Positions 23,917-38,839 of a stretch of DNA of 64,000 nucleotides are shown piece after piece. A model generated the notes under the pieces. The model searched no databases. It saw only the letters and a program-made list of their open reading frames with translations, and was not told where the DNA came from. Position 1 is the first letter of the stretch; the number at the start of each line of letters is the position of its first letter. A program made the position numbers and the translations under genes. The DNA comes from Paraspadella gotoi (Eukaryota; Animalia; Chaetognatha), in contig CM119263.1 in NCBI GenBank assembly GCA_051294375.1, positions 20,916,695 through 20,980,694 on the forward strand, given 5' to 3'.

Positions 23917-25699
23917 TAATTAAACGGTTCGATATGATAAAAAGGATTTACGAAAAAAAATTTTGGGTAGGACTAATAAAGTGGATTATAAAATCGGAAT
24001 CTGCTATAAATGATCTGACTAAAAATTATGTCAGAAATATAATATTAAATAATAAGTGTGAGTAATGCTTTTGATCAAAAAATTTAATCCAAAAGAAGTT
24101 ATTATTATATATTAAAACTTGTTTGGTTTGGTTTTTCTTACTTTGTTTACTTTTAGTATGTGCCTTACTTATAATATAGTTTGTACATCTCCGTCGTCTC
24201 CCGTATTTCTTGCGTATTAATTTTGTGATTGTAACTGTTTGTGTGCATAGTGATTACTTTTATTAATTAGTAGTAGTCATTTGATTAACTGTCTGTTTAA
24301 AATTTAGAATTTGCTCTGAGTGACTCTCGGTCGAGTCGCCGCCTCTGACCCGACGATGCTGAATCTCGTCTCCAAAGTCGACGGCGTTGACGCCGCTTTC
24401 GCTGCCAGGAGATAACTTTCCGGCGTTATCACTGAATCTCCGTCGTATTAACCTCTGTCGCTATCTTTGGTTCCATTATTCCGCCCGCGCGTCACCTCTT
24501 CCTGGGACTTGGGGTGCGACACTCGTTCTCTCCCCACCGAGGATACTTCTTATAGGCTAACGCTCTCGACAGATCGGGCTCGCTCCTTGCCATCGCCGGC
24601 CACTACAACCGCCTTCCAAGACCGACAACACTAAACTATACGCCAAAGGCTTCGCCTCCACCACCAAACCACTCTCCCCGTCCTCGCCTCCTCCGTTACC
24701 CTTCTACATCGAGGATCCCGCCCCCAATCCGCGGCAGGATGGACTTGGCGTACATGAGGTCTCAAGCGGCGCTGCATCGTTAGTTTTAGCAAGAACCACG
24801 GAGAGAGGAATCCGTTTTACCAAAATCCGCTCAAGGATGAGTCTGTCCAGTTCTCAGCAAATACGTCTGCGACAGTGTTAATTTTAAAAAAAGTCAAAAT
24901 TCTTTACTTTTTCACTCTGTAGTAAAAACTATTTTATGATAAACGTTTTTGTATATTTTTCGACAATTTTTAAAATTAAAATATTATGAAACTTTGACAA
25001 AAGTTTCTTATTTTTTATGACGAATCCGAATCTGTTATTACAATTTTTAAAAATCATTTTGAAATTTTACAAATTTATAAGGATATTAGGGATTAGGGGT
25101 GGTTAGGAATTTGTAATCTAAAAGTTTTTTCTATCTACCATATTTTATTTTTTTTATTTTTGCGCTAGCGAGATTTATATATAGTCGCTCATAAGAAGCC
25201 GAAACAAAATAACCGACCGCAAAATCAGTAGGCGAATGTAAAAATAAGCCAAAAATTAAATAGGTTTTAATTTGTGGATAGTGATGAAAAAGCTTAAAAT
25301 AAGGTGAATTGAAGATAAGACATATCACTGTCATGTTCAGAAAACGCTACTGAAAAAATATTAACAAGTATGGCTATATCATCTGCAATATCAATGCCCA
25401 TAAAAAACAATGTTTGTGAAAACATCAACGAAGCCTATATGTTGCTTAAAAATTTATTTTTTTATTGTATAATTATAAAAAATAAAAGGCCAGAATAAAC
25501 TTTCGCCACTCATTTTATTTTCTTATTGTATCTCAAATTGTTCAGACAGGAAAGGACGTTAAGTTTTCTTGAGATATAGGGCCCACCCTATATTGGTTAT
25601 CAAACTTTTTTCTGCTTTAATTAATATAATTTAAAGTTTAAATGGTTAAACATTTCCTAGAAAATGCAAATTGATTGCATTCAAACCTATCTTTTTGGT

Positions 25700-26321
25700 T
25701 ATGTGTAGCGAATACCAATTAACAAGTGCTGACTGCGACATGGACGTCGCATATCGCCTTCACTACGCGTGTTGATGCCTTTGGCGAAGTATTCAGCGTC
25801 GTCAGATCGGCATCGTTTGAGAGTTCGTGCTGGTTCTGTACTATTTCCTAAGATAAGTTAGCAAAATATAAATGGGCACTAATCTGTCGTTATTATTTAT
25901 ACACAAGGTTGGGGTTAATTTAAGCTATTTATCATAAAAATATAACTTAAATATAATTAAATATCTAAATATTTGTACTGTTAAAGAATAGTTAAAGTTA
26001 CTAATAACTTCTATTTTAACTTAAATTTTTAAAAGATTAAATATAACTGACTTAGCTTAACTACATCTTAAATTAATTAAAATTATTGAAAATTAAGAGT
26101 CATTAAAATTCAAATACTTTTATCTGAACATCAAAATTTATTTTTTTAGCCCACAAGACGAGTTAGTGCAGCAATAGGATGTATTGAGATTGTATCACCG
26201 TATACGCCGCGTCTGAGCGAGCTCCGAGTGTTTTCTGATCTTGCTACTGTGCTATTTATAGCAGCATTCGAAGACATGTAAATTTAGTAATATTTATGGT
26301 TAGTCAACTAGTACAATAACA
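25700..26321 (-). repeat. Possible 3' LTR of the BEL/Pao element
   Basis: On the minus strand it starts TGTTATTG right after the coding remnant, contains TATAAATAG and may end at ...GCTACA. No partner LTR is visible (gap at 31368). Confidence 0.3.
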
Positions 26322-29300
26322 TGCCAGTCGTGAGACGACCTGGTCACAGATAACCTCACATTGGTAACTTCCTCATCATTTATTTTGGGCTAAGCACATC
26401 CTCTCTTCTTATATCTCCTTGTTAAGGCGACATATCCATAAGGACGATAACCAATCAGAGAGCGACTTTTTAAAATACTTGATCATCAGATACTCGTAAG
26501 CAACAAAAACGAATTCATAATAAAAGGGCATCAAACAACCGAGAGACTATCTCGTAACAAAAAAAATTTAACAAGCCCCATGCTATCGACAGATATAAAA
26601 TTAAATTTTTAATAGATAGAGGAACTTAAAGTATTATATCGTCTTTAAAATGATCAACTAAATATCATAAAACAATTTTAAATCACAGTAAAGATAGCAT
26701 GCAAGTAACGGTAACCTACTTTAAAATCATGTAAAACAAAATTTGTATAAATTAGGGAACCAAAATTTTCTTTTATGAAATGTTTCAGTCAATTTCGTCC
26801 ACTTCAAAGAGTGGATCGCGTCGTTTTAATGGCAGAAGAATCAGGTTACCCCATCGTCAAAAAGAAAAGCGGCATGCTAGTATGAGACAGGAAAAGTAAT
26901 AAGTCTACCATATCTTGCACTGGGCCAGAATCTTTTTTACTGGATAAATGCACATGTAAATATTGCAAGCCTTTCGAGAGTTTTCCCAGTGGAAGATTGA
27001 TTGATGGATCATTTAGATGCTGGATCCTGATATTTGTAAAGAACCTGAAATCGCAAAGCAATCAAGTGAATAAGGCGTAAGAATTGAGCTGCAGAAGCAA
27101 TTCTCATAGGCATTTCAGTCTTTTCATGTAATAGATAATCTGGTCCATTATGGTAAAACTGCCCAGACTTTCTGATCATCAACAGCAAAGCTTTTGAAAA
27201 AGATCAACTGGGTCTTCTTTTTGTAGAAAATAGACAAGCCACAAAATTGTAATGGCGGAAAAATGGACATGAAATGAAACTTAATATTTCCATTACTTTT
27301 AATCTTTCATATGCAGCAACCCATAACTTTCCATAGATGCATCACTAAATGTTGCAATTCTTATGGAGATGATTTTTTTCATGTCTTGGAGGAAGTTCCT
27401 CAAAGATGAAATTAATGATTTTCAAATCTGCTTGGTTTTCTTCCTCTGAGATTATATCATCCCTTCCCAATTTTTAATTTGCACAAAAAATTTGAACTTT
27501 GGTTCTAGCAATGAGTATGAAGGGGCCGTGAGCTTAAATGGATAAAAGTGGAAGCTTGTTGCAGCAAACGGCTTTTCTTTCTGGTTATAATGTTTTTCCC
27601 CATCTTTAAATGCTTATTTTAAACCCAAAACAACCAGTCATAACATCAAAATTTACTCCAAAGCTTTTCAGATGGGAATTTCTTCCAAATCAAAAAAACT
27701 TGGTTTTACTTTGGTCATTTTATATGGGATTTCAACAAAGAAACATCAACTTTCCTTCAACAAGTTTCGTATTGACCGAAACATTATCTGAATTTCCATG
27801 TCGTTCTTAAGAACAGACTGGGAACTTTCTTAATCTTTCAATGCCATTTCAGCATGGGCATCTGGGTCCCTAAGACCTCAGCAGCTTTGTCCGACCTCTC
27901 GCTTCCAAAGGTAATGCAAATTGATAATGCCCATTAACAAATTTTTATAGAAGTCCTTTAAAACTCCAAGAGCTTTTTTATGTTCTGTGATCACGATTCT
28001 TATCTTCATCAGAATGGGTCATTAAATTCATGATGGCAAAAGGTATTCAACTTTGTAAAACTAATATTATTGTTAAAATTAATAGCATCACACTCAACTG
28101 AGGCAAGTTGAAAGAGTTCCTCCAAATATGCGTCCTACCCCATCGTGTTCGAACCGCAACATGGTGCATTCTGAGGGCCTCGTACGCATAGAAAAGGCAT
28201 CAGGACAAGAGAGTTGGAAGATCCATACCTATTATACATCAATTTAAGAGGACCGCCTGTTTCATGTAAGGTTATATTCTTCAAATGAGGAAAATTTTGT
28301 AACTTGTCTGAAGTGGGGAATGAGACATTTCCATTTGAAAGGCTTTGAGCAACAACAACAGAACTTAAGTTCAAGCTAAAATGATATCTATGGATTGTAA
28401 AGTCAAAGGAACTGTGAACAGTAGTTTCAGTCTTTGAGGCATCCAAGAGTTGACACCGTAGCAAACTTTTGTTGTGTAAATTTAATCTTTTGATAGTTCA
28501 GTGAACAATGTTCTTGTTACTGCCTGTATCCAACATGGGCAAAACAGTTTCCCGTTTGTCTTTGTGGTTCATAATGGCTAAAGAGGTCTATAAAGTTCAC
28601 ACCTCCATCATTTTTGTAGCAAGATCTGTGCAGCATGTTGAATCTGTAACTTGTGGAATGGCAACTGTTTGTTTCACCTTTGTAATAGAATCATCAGGCT
28701 GCTTGAGTATCTTTTGTTTTGCCGATGAAGGACATAATGGTGGCTTTTAGATTAACACTGTCTTACAGAATAATTTGTGATCTTGCAGTCAGAGATTTTT
28801 GTTTATTCAAACACCGAAAAGCATAACGATTACTTTTAAGCATACTAAATCTTTGCACTTGGTCCCCATTTTTAAAAATGTAGGACAACCAGCACAATAA
28901 TGTTTAACTAGTGCACAAAGGCATAGTTAAAACTTTACTTGATCATTAAATCTTTTGTTACACTAGATTGCCTTCATTAGCTGAGCCTGAGAATCCTGTT
29001 TGTTACCTTTTGATTGGACCCACTAGAGTTATTGTGAAAGTCATGGAATTTTTTTGTTTAGCAGCTGCAACTTTAACTACAATCTTTCTTTGGAGGCAAA
29101 ACTTGGACGAGCATATGGAGACCCAGGCTGTTTGAACTTGATCATCAGAAAGTATAAGAAAATGGGTCAAATTGTTCCTTTGGCTTTTGAAACGGTCAAC
29201 TTTGATGGAAAGTATTGCCATTTATCACGTAGAAATGATGCGCTTATCAATCAAATTGTTTACAAGATCGTGTTAGAAAACCTTCATAATCCCAGACATG

Positions 29301-30720
29301 AGAGCAGTGTTTTTAGCCTCTTCAAGGCTCCATAACAGGTTTCTAAAGACCAACAAGATCGCTTTACTTAAAGTAGTCTTGTTATAATATCACGTAATCT
29401 TTCAGCAAGAGTAATGTTGCCTATAACCCAGTGATGACTAACTTTTGTTTAGCATAAGCTAAAGCTTTGTGCCCATCCAGTTCATTTTCAAATTGCTTAA
29501 TGGAACTTATGAGCCTCACCAGTCGTCTCATTTCAACAACTCAAGATACTTTTCACGATCATCTACCCCAGGCAATGTCGTTTACATCAATTAAACCGAG
29601 ATAGGGAATGACGCTAAACATAGCTGTCACCTTTTCCCAACCTCTTATATTCCTTAGGCCGCGCTCGCGTCCAGCTTAGCGAAAGATGCCAGAATAATGC
29701 TGGGATTCAAGGGCTTGATAGGAGCTGAAGAACATGAAAGGTGGAAGCATCATTGGTTAATTGATTGCTTGATTTGTTGGGATGGATACCTGAGGAGTGG
29801 ATGGGAATCCAGAATTGCTAGATGCTGTTGGCGGCAAGTGGTGATCTCAATGTTGGGGGTTTAAATAATGCTATGAGAACTGGAGTCTAGTGCTAAAGCT
29901 TGGGTTTAGAATTCGTGGCTTTTATATGGATTAAATGAGGAGCTTTTATGATTAAAGTAGAAGCTTCAAGGCAAATGAAACCAAGTCCATTGGCCTTTGC
30001 CTCTCTTGTTTATTCATATCATTCCAATGTGTAACCTTGTCAAAGGCAGAAGGAGTCTTTGTAAACGGGTGTGTTAGGAAGGGAGGATCCTGTAAAATTT
30101 GGATATCGTCATTTAATTTACTTAATTCAGCCTTTTCCATCATCCTTTCCTTTTCCCTCCTTCTCATTGTCTTCCCTTTGGTTTTTTTAAATTTTTAAGG
30201 CTAAATTGTTTAATTCCACTTGCTTCTCCTCCCATCCCTGTTGGCAGTATCCTTTTGGGCTTCTTCCAATCTAATGCATTTTCCCTTTCTTTCCTTTCTT
30301 TTTGATTCGCTACGATCTTTCATTATTTTATATTCCTGAAATGTTTTACTTTTCTTTCCGTTTCTTTAATTTAAAAACTCTTTACGCTGGATTTAGTCCC
30401 CCGTTTGACGAAGCCCTTGAGCTTTGAGATCTAACCAGACATGAACGGACTTGGAGTATTAGGGAGCAAAGATTGTTATTGGCAGGCAATTTAATGACTT
30501 AAGTAACTCTTCCATTTGATCATGAAATGTGGATTCTTCTTTTTCGTATTCTTGTAATGCTTTTGTATTCTCAGCTTCCTTTCCTTAGTCAAACTCACCT
30601 TAAATTCTTTGTATGTTTCACTAGCCAGAGTAATGCAATCTTCATGAGCTTGTATTTGCAATATAATACTTTCCCTCCTACATGAGGTTTGGGCAGCTTG
30701 CAACTTTTTGTATTAAAATC
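26320..30720 (-). mobile_element. Degraded BEL/Pao LTR retrotransposon gag-pol remnant
   Basis: Frameshifted motifs in the expected order on the minus strand: gag-like DDREKYLEL..TGEA (~29550) and YGALKRL (~29330); Cys-rich knuckle region (~28780-28920); protease MLDTGS (~28525); GHYQFALP (~27920); APFILIA..LCK.KI..DD (~27500); FSDASMESYG (~27335); HNGPDYL (~27145). Confidence 0.85.
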
Positions 30721-31469
30721 GTGAAATGCTATGGATAATGGATGTTTCTTTAATTTACCCGCCCTTGTAGTATTGACGAGTTGGACTGAATTTTCAAAAT
30801 TCTTAAACCAACAAGATCACGAAACCGAGATATAAAAGCAACGCCAACCCTTCTAAAACTAAGAGGAAAGCAACTTATATGGCATAAATGAAACAATGAA
30901 AGCGAGAGAGTAGAACGAAAGAGTTTCCTTTTAAAAAGGGAAAACCAAAATTCAAAAAATAAGAATTCAAACCGTAACACATATAGAACCGATTATAAAG
31001 AAGAACGCGTTTCGCTAATGTTAAAGCGCAAATTCGATTAGCGGAAAGAGTATTTTAAATTAATTCGCGTTACGAGATAAAAGACGCTGTTTGAAATCGT
31101 TTAATTTTGCATTTCGAATTATTACGAAGATCGCGTAGCTTATCTTTTTAAAAATGCACTCGAATTTTTTCGATTATTTTTTAGAAGAAATTCGTTTTTT
31201 TCTTTTTCGCGAGTTTATTTAGTCTTACTTCTTACGCCGCCGCTAGTTGAGTGAATCGCTGACCGATCGTGAAGGAACGCGCCAACAGAGATTTGATGAG
31301 ATTTGGTTCCTTCTTTTAAAGGGCGTTTATAAAGTCCGAAGTCGAAATAGATTATTGAGGATTTACCNNNNNNNNNNNNNNNNNNNNNNNNNTTGCTATT
31401 TGCTTGTTAGAATTTCAGATTGGATCGAAATCCCTTCCTGAAAGAAAATTGAAATTCAAAGATTCGAAA

Positions 31470-32995
31470 CTAAGCCAGACCGGGCGAAGCCCGTCCTGTC
31501 TCTATAATAATTCGCTTTAGCTTCTTTGTGACGTTGTCGTTGGCGTAACGTTTTTTTGCAATCATGACTATTGAAAGTGTGATATCATAGGGAGTTGAAA
31601 TTTTATATATGGCTTCTAATCATCAAAATCTTTAAAATTGTCAGGATTCATATCAATATTCGTAATTGTTTATGTTTTATTTACAAAACAAAAACGTTTT
31701 AATTATATGTCGCTTTCTTTCTCTCTTTCTTTTAATTATATGTCGCTCTCACTCTCTCTCTCTTTCTTTTTCTCACTGCTCTTTAAGATTGTCAAAAACG
31801 AGTTCCGGCTCGTGCGCGTCTGTCCACTCTCTCTCTCTTCTCTCTTTTCTCTCTCTCTCTCTCTTTTTTTTTTATAATACAAAAAAATTACGAAAATTAC
31901 TCTGTATAAAAAAATCATTGACCTAGATCACACACGTTGCAGGCAACGGATAACCGATATAAACCTAATATGCGTTTCTTTGAAGGAAACTTTGTTGTAA
32001 TAAAGTTAATCATCAGTTTTACTATATAACTTTATCCACGCTTCACTAGGACAGACAGAACAGTAAACGAGTTCCGTCGTGCGCGTCTGTCCAGTTCATT
32101 TTCTATCTACTTCTTCTCTCTTTTTTTTTTTATTATTTTAAATTTTTATTACATTTTTTGCAATTTGATCTTGTGTGAAAAAGTATGGGCGCAGAACCCA
32201 GTACTTTGGGATTGGAGAGGAGTCTCGCTTAGCCTCCGCGCTACCGCTATTCAGATTCGTCTAAAAAACGAGTGTCACTCTCAAGCAGCTGTCCAGCGCT
32301 GCCATGCTTCGCTCTACATCTTCTCTCATCTCTTCTCTCTCGTTCTCTCATGTCTGTCTCTTATCTCGAATACAGATCTGTTGCAGTGATCGTATCGATT
32401 TTTTTGAAAAACTTGTGATTATTTTTTCCTTCTATAAAACATTTTTTATCCATTATGATCGCGCTTTTTTCTCAATACAAAATCCAATTAAGATTTTCAT
32501 GATGCGATTTTCTAGTATCATGAAATCGTTGTTATGTTGGGAAAATAGGTCGTACCTTCTCTGTCTTGTCTCTCTCTGTCTCTGTCTTCTCTGCTCTTTC
32601 ATCCTCTCACTCATAACAGCGTTGTTTTTTTTATAGATGAATGACTATCGCGTTTAATTGAATACTATATCGCATCAGTTAATGATTACAATCATATCAG
32701 TGAATGTTATCATGCATCAATATTGTTTATTACATAAGTCATCTATAGTAATTGGTTATCAATCGCATCATAATTGGTATCATTGCTTCAATAATCATTC
32801 CTTGACATCAATCCAATTACTATTACATCAATAATTCATTAGCGCATTCATTTCATTCGATTTTTTTCTCTATTTTTTTCATTAAATTTTTCTTTGATAG
32901 TGGGTGGTTGACTCGATCTTGAATCTTTTATTGATTTTTTAAACGGTTCCATCCTTTTCGGTAATAAACATATGAATTTGGTGCTCTCTCTCTCG

Positions 32996-33027
<32 letters not shown>

Positions 33028-33749
33028 GTCTCCTCGCGTCCATCGTGTCGTCCTTCTTCTCTTTATCTCTTCTCGATCTCCTTCGCTAATTTTTTTCTTC
33101 CTTTTGTTTCCTTTTGTTTGTTTGCGATCTGTTTCCTGCACCTGATCTCACACTGAATTCTATTTCAGTCGCGCTTGGTTATGTATTGAGATCAGAATAG
33201 TTTTTCAGGAATTTACATTTTATTATTTGTGATTTATCTATTAAATTTATTTAATTTTTATATGTAGATTTACCCTAATTTTTCAGTAGATTCTTTAGCT
33301 GTATTTCTGCTCACTTTTATAACTTCCTGAGTTTCGAACACAAACCCTTTATTTTGCAATTAAAAATGGTATTCATTTTTAAAAAATAGATTCTTCTTTA
33401 AGAAATTATACTGTGGTGTTTATGAGTAATGAGATATGAAATCCAATTTGCATTGATGGTTTACATTTATTTTGCCCTAACAAAATAAGAAATTAAATCT
33501 TTTAGGACTCCTATTTCCTTCTCAAGACTCGCTTGTGTTGTCTCGTACAAACTTCTCTGATTCTGTGGGATTCGCGAGCCTTAAAACGCATCATGGAAAG
33601 AAGAGAGCGTAGGAGGGGCTTGAAAACTGGGGAGAGAGGGAGAAGAGAGAAAGACAGAAAGAGAGAGAGAGAGAGAGAAGAGAGACTGGACTAATCTGCA
33701 TATTGCATAACTCGACTGGCTCTAAACTTTTGGGAGGGAGGCGATGGAG

Positions 33750-33808
<59 letters not shown>

Positions 33809-36800
33809 AAAGAGAAAGAAACACAGTTGTTTACTGCTGTGAAGTTGTGAACCAAAATCAGTTCCATGCAAATTTTTTTGTTAGTTCGAAGCCAAGTTGG
33901 CGAAATTCAATGTAAAATTGAAAAAAAAAAATCCAATCCAATTTCCAGGGAGAACAGTAACAACTAGAATAATCACGCAAGCCGCATCTCTTCTTCATCC
34001 TACATATTACAATTCAAATTCGTAAATTAAAAATTTTTCTTTTCCTTTCAAAATTTGACCATATTTTTAAATGTGCCTCGTTCAACAAATTCTAATAGTA
34101 AGTTTGTAATCAGGCATTGAGTAAGCTAACCTTCTATAAATATAAGCTCATAATAAAGCCGTAGCTCATGACATAGGTACCGGGATCTTTCCTGGTAGTA
34201 TAGTATCTATAGTTGGTAATAGAATCTAAGTTAGCCGTAAATTATAAAAATATTCAAAACTTTTTCCATTGGAGCCAGGAGGTACTGGAAAATACGGAGG
34301 TATTCTTTATCACCTTTGCATTTTATCCTAGTTATTTAAGTTTGAACTTAGTTTCAGAGGGTTAAAATTAAATTTAGGAATTAGGAAATGAACTGGGGTT
34401 CTTCGGGATAGTTTAGGAAAATTTCCCTCATAAAAGTTTTTAACTCGATCGATTGATGATCTAATGGGCGCGCACAGTATAAAAAAAAAATAAAAACTGG
34501 ATAAAAGCACTTGAACATCGGCATAATACATATTCAGTCCTTTTCATAGAAAAGGTACAAAGGCTTATGTAAGATAACAGTTTCCAGAAAATATTCTTTC
34601 TCAAGTTATAGCAAATCTCTATTTGGGTGAGTCTTTGAATGTTTGTTCACCCAAATGGGTAGAGAGAAAAATTATTTGAACTTTGTTATATTAAAGCTCT
34701 TGTCAATTTTTAATAAATAAAAAAATATTTTTATATATGTTACTATGTAGATATGAAAAACTGTAAAAACTCATAGACAGCCGATCAAGCAACCAGATTA
34801 TTTCCTAATGATACATCTTATACTCATCAGTTATAATTAAATCTCATCCGCATTTGTCCGCCTTTTGAGAAATCCAAAATGCTTTCATTAAAAAATAATC
34901 TCAAAAAGAATTCGATATTCTTCGAAATTCCATTGATTAATTTTCTTGATCGATTTCCATCTTATTTGTTTAGTGCACTTTTAAAAAGATTAAATTAAGT
35001 TTATATTTAGCAAACTACCTATTACTTATAACATAATAAAGAAAAAATATTAAGTTGGGTCAATTTCTTTATAAGATCGAATTAAAATCAAAGTCGTTCA
35101 ACCTACCAAATTTGTCGTTAATGAAATTTTTCTCCCATATTTTCAAAATCACTTTTTATCATTTAAAAGTTTAAAAGAACCTCAATGGCATCTCTGATAA
35201 TCAGCATACAAAAAAGAGGTATTTCCTGACATTTAAGCCATTTGGATCACTGGCACCGTGATCCTGAGCGACGACCAATTTCTTTCGCTTCACGAACTTA
35301 ATCTAATCCTCCTCGTGATGAATTTAATATTAGCGACGACGCGATCACTTGGCTTTAATTTTCAATTTATTCACTAGAGTCAAAACGAAAAGACGGTGTT
35401 TGAGTTGACGTGGGGTGTCGTCGTCGTCGCGACGCTGTTGTTGTTGTGGCCCGTATTCTTCAAATTAATTTACTATTTTTTCACAATATTCGTTAATTTC
35501 TGAACATAAATACTTTTTAAATATCGTAATAAATTATTCCGTTACTCGAGTTTTTTCGTCGTCCTTCGTATTCTAACTCGTCAATGACTTGGTCATCGTC
35601 GTCGGTCGTCGACGTAACTTTGTGATGATTGACTGACGACATGACTCGTCGTTTCGTCGTCGTCGTTGTCGTGTTCCAAGAATACAAGTATAATGTTATC
35701 ATTGCCGCACCGTATCGTCTTTAGTCGGCCATTGCATAATTCACCCTTAAGCAGACACTTTCAGTTGTGTCCCGGTGGCTCATTTGTAAAGCCTCAACTC
35801 ATAACACTAGGTGTCGGGTGGAAAAATAATGGAAAAAAAAAAGGAAAAAAAAATTGACTCGGTTTGGAAAAAACGGTTAATTTATTATCAAATATATTTT
35901 TTGGCTGGTTAATAGGTTTTAATATGTAATATGACCTCCCGGGACTGATAAAAAGATTCTCTCAACAGCATAACATTGTTTATGCACCAATACTTCCAAA
36001 AAGGTTGTTCAAACTTTTCACCTCTTTTTGATAAAGAGGACTCCTCACATTATGTAATATATTATCTCTGACATAATATTTTTTATCGGATTATAGAGCA
36101 AAAAATGGTCCTTGGCCAGCAGTGAAAAAGATGATCCCCTATAATGTAACCAGGCTGAGTTGTTGTTGTTGCATAATGTGATGATGCATTGTCTTTCATT
36201 TCAACAAATCGATTTTCTTTTTTTTGGACTTATTGATATTGTTTCTGATAATACATCCAAGGTAAATAAAAATTATAACTTGCTCATAGAAAGGTTACCC
36301 GGAGCATTAAAACTTTTATGATACTTAAAATATAAAAAAAAATATTCTAGGCATCTACTGATTAATGTATTTTAATACCACTATTTTTTTTGACATATGT
36401 ATTAGATCATCCCTGAATCTATCCTATCAAAAAGTAATAAAAAAAGACCGAAATTAGTATAAATGAAAAGTTAGATATGAAAAAGATAAAAGAAGGAAGC
36501 ATTTTATGGACAATTCATTTCTTTTTGCATGGAACTCTGTATTTTTGGTCATACATAAATAAAACACAGCTCATATGAATCACAAAAGGCAAAGTATTTC
36601 GATATGTAGTTGTATGTATGTATGTTATGTTTTTTTCCCATTATGGTAGCTTCCTGCGGAAGCTTAGGACGCCGTAAGCCGCCTTGGGTGCGTGGAAAAC
36701 CCTCAAGCTGGTCCAAGCTGTTCCATGGCTGCTGAGGGTACAGAAGTTAGGGATAGTAGTCTTAGCCCACTGAGCCCTTATCACTAAGGCGTAGTGAAAG

Positions 36801-38839
36801 GTACATCGAAAATTCTAAAAGTCAATTTATGAACAACATATCATCAGTGAACATTAATTTGTAAAAAAAATTAATTTTTATGTTTTTTAATTTTTCGCAG
36901 TAGGCTATATTATATATTATAACCGTTCATATAAGCAGTCCCTGAGCTTCGGGTCAGGTGTTAAGCTGTTAAGCGCCCGTCCCTCTTAACTGCAGCGGCC
37001 ACCAGGCTAGAACCCCGGACCTTGGGTGGAGGCGAATGACTTGCCTCCGGCACCAAAGACCGCTGATGACGTTTGGTGGATTTTGGTCCACATACAATCC
37101 CCCTCCCGTAGGGAGAAGTCTGTTGCGTCTCTTCAGTGAATTGTTGTTGGTGGAAAGTTCGTCACCAAGTTGAGGCATGTCGCCTGAGTGTTGTGGGCGG
37201 AAAGTGCATCGCCAGGTGAGGCATGTCGACTGAAAGTGTTGTTGTTGCTGTTGTGTTCAGAATCGGCTCACCATGAAGAACAGTGATTATTTATGTTTTA
37301 ATGATAGAACCGTTTATATAAGTATCCCTGAGCTTCGGATCAGCTGTAACCCATGTTACAGGCGTTAATTCCATTTTTGATCCATTTTTACTTACAACTT
37401 CTGATTTGAATGCCAAGGAAAGCCGAAAAAATTTTTTACTTTGGAAATCCGATTCTTTCTTATCTTCTTTACCTTGGGTACTTTTATTAGCTTAAATCAT
37501 TATATAGTTTGCTATGAATCAATTTTAAAGTTAACAAGCCAACAAGTTGAGTTTCAGTCTTATCATAATTTGTTAAACAAAAATAAATCAAATTGGTTTA
37601 AATTAACAGAAAATAAGCCTATTGAATAAGCTTTAACGCCTATAAAATTATCAAAAAACTTTTTTGGTTAGCCACAAATAATTTTTAAAGACGTCTTTAA
37701 TTTGTGACTTTTTGTGAACTTGCATTTATTTTTGATAAAGAGAATATTTTCAACTCATTTATTAGTATTAAAAGATGAGGCCATACCAGATTTATTAAAT
37801 AAACCGCAATCTTATTAACGCACCGCCATTGGAACCCAGGAAAGCGTCAGGATTTGTTTTTTCTCAGAATCGACAGATTTTGCGGAAATTTTTTACGCAA
37901 AATCCGTCGATTTACTAAATTTGCTAGGCAACCAAAATTGAAAGAAAAATCATGCGTCCGTTCTTTTCTTTCTATAATGCATTTTAAAGATTTCTTTGAT
38001 TTGGCTAATGTAATGTAATAGAGGAAATAGGAAAGGAAAGAAAAGAAAAGGATAAGAAAGAAGAGGGTAAAAAGGCAAAAAAACAAGGAAAATGGGTGAA
38101 AAAATAGTGAAACATTGTAAGGTAAAAAAAGATTGGAAAAGAAAGAAAAAGAGGGGAAAGAAAGGGAAAGAATGAAAGAAAAAAAGGTGAGGAAAGGCAT
38201 GAGTGGCAGAATAAAGGAAGGCGGCCAAAAAATGGTAAGTGACAGCGTGAGAAGTAGGGAGGAAAGAGGAAGAGGAAAATATAAAGTAAGAGAATAAAGA
38301 GGTGAAGAAATAATCAGGAAAAGCGTATGAAGAAAAAAAATTGTATCAGATAAGTGTGGCGTCTTACATAAATCTTTGGGTAAGTAAAAGACATGAGGAT
38401 TCTTATAAGCCTAATAAGGAATCGATCTTTTAAAATTATCTGTACCATTAAAATTCAAACATACTTATTTCTAGAATTAACGTTAATGAGATTAGATTGA
38501 ACAGCATGAAGAAATCATGTTCTACATATTTTAACATCATAGAAATTACATGGAAGTTCTAAGTGATAAGAAGGAGATAACTAAAAAAAAAATTCACAAT
38601 TTTTCTAATAGAGAATTCCGTTCAATCTGACTACCCAAATTGCAAACGCTTTGCCAGAAATACGGTTAAAAAAACACTTGTAAAAACGCACAATTCCGAG
38701 TGCGTTACATCTGAAGGCTTGTCTATTGTTTTAATGGCATTTGATGAAGGACTGAATATCAACAAGACCAGGGGAAATACATACTCAGCTCCGGAAATTT
38801 TCAAACCTAAGTTGTAGTTCATTCAAATAGCGATGTCGC
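31470..38839 (+). repeat. Composite ~7.4-kb unit, copy A
   Basis: Colinear with 39078-47259, differing mainly by 1-nt indels. Lies between two 25-N gaps. Confidence 0.9.
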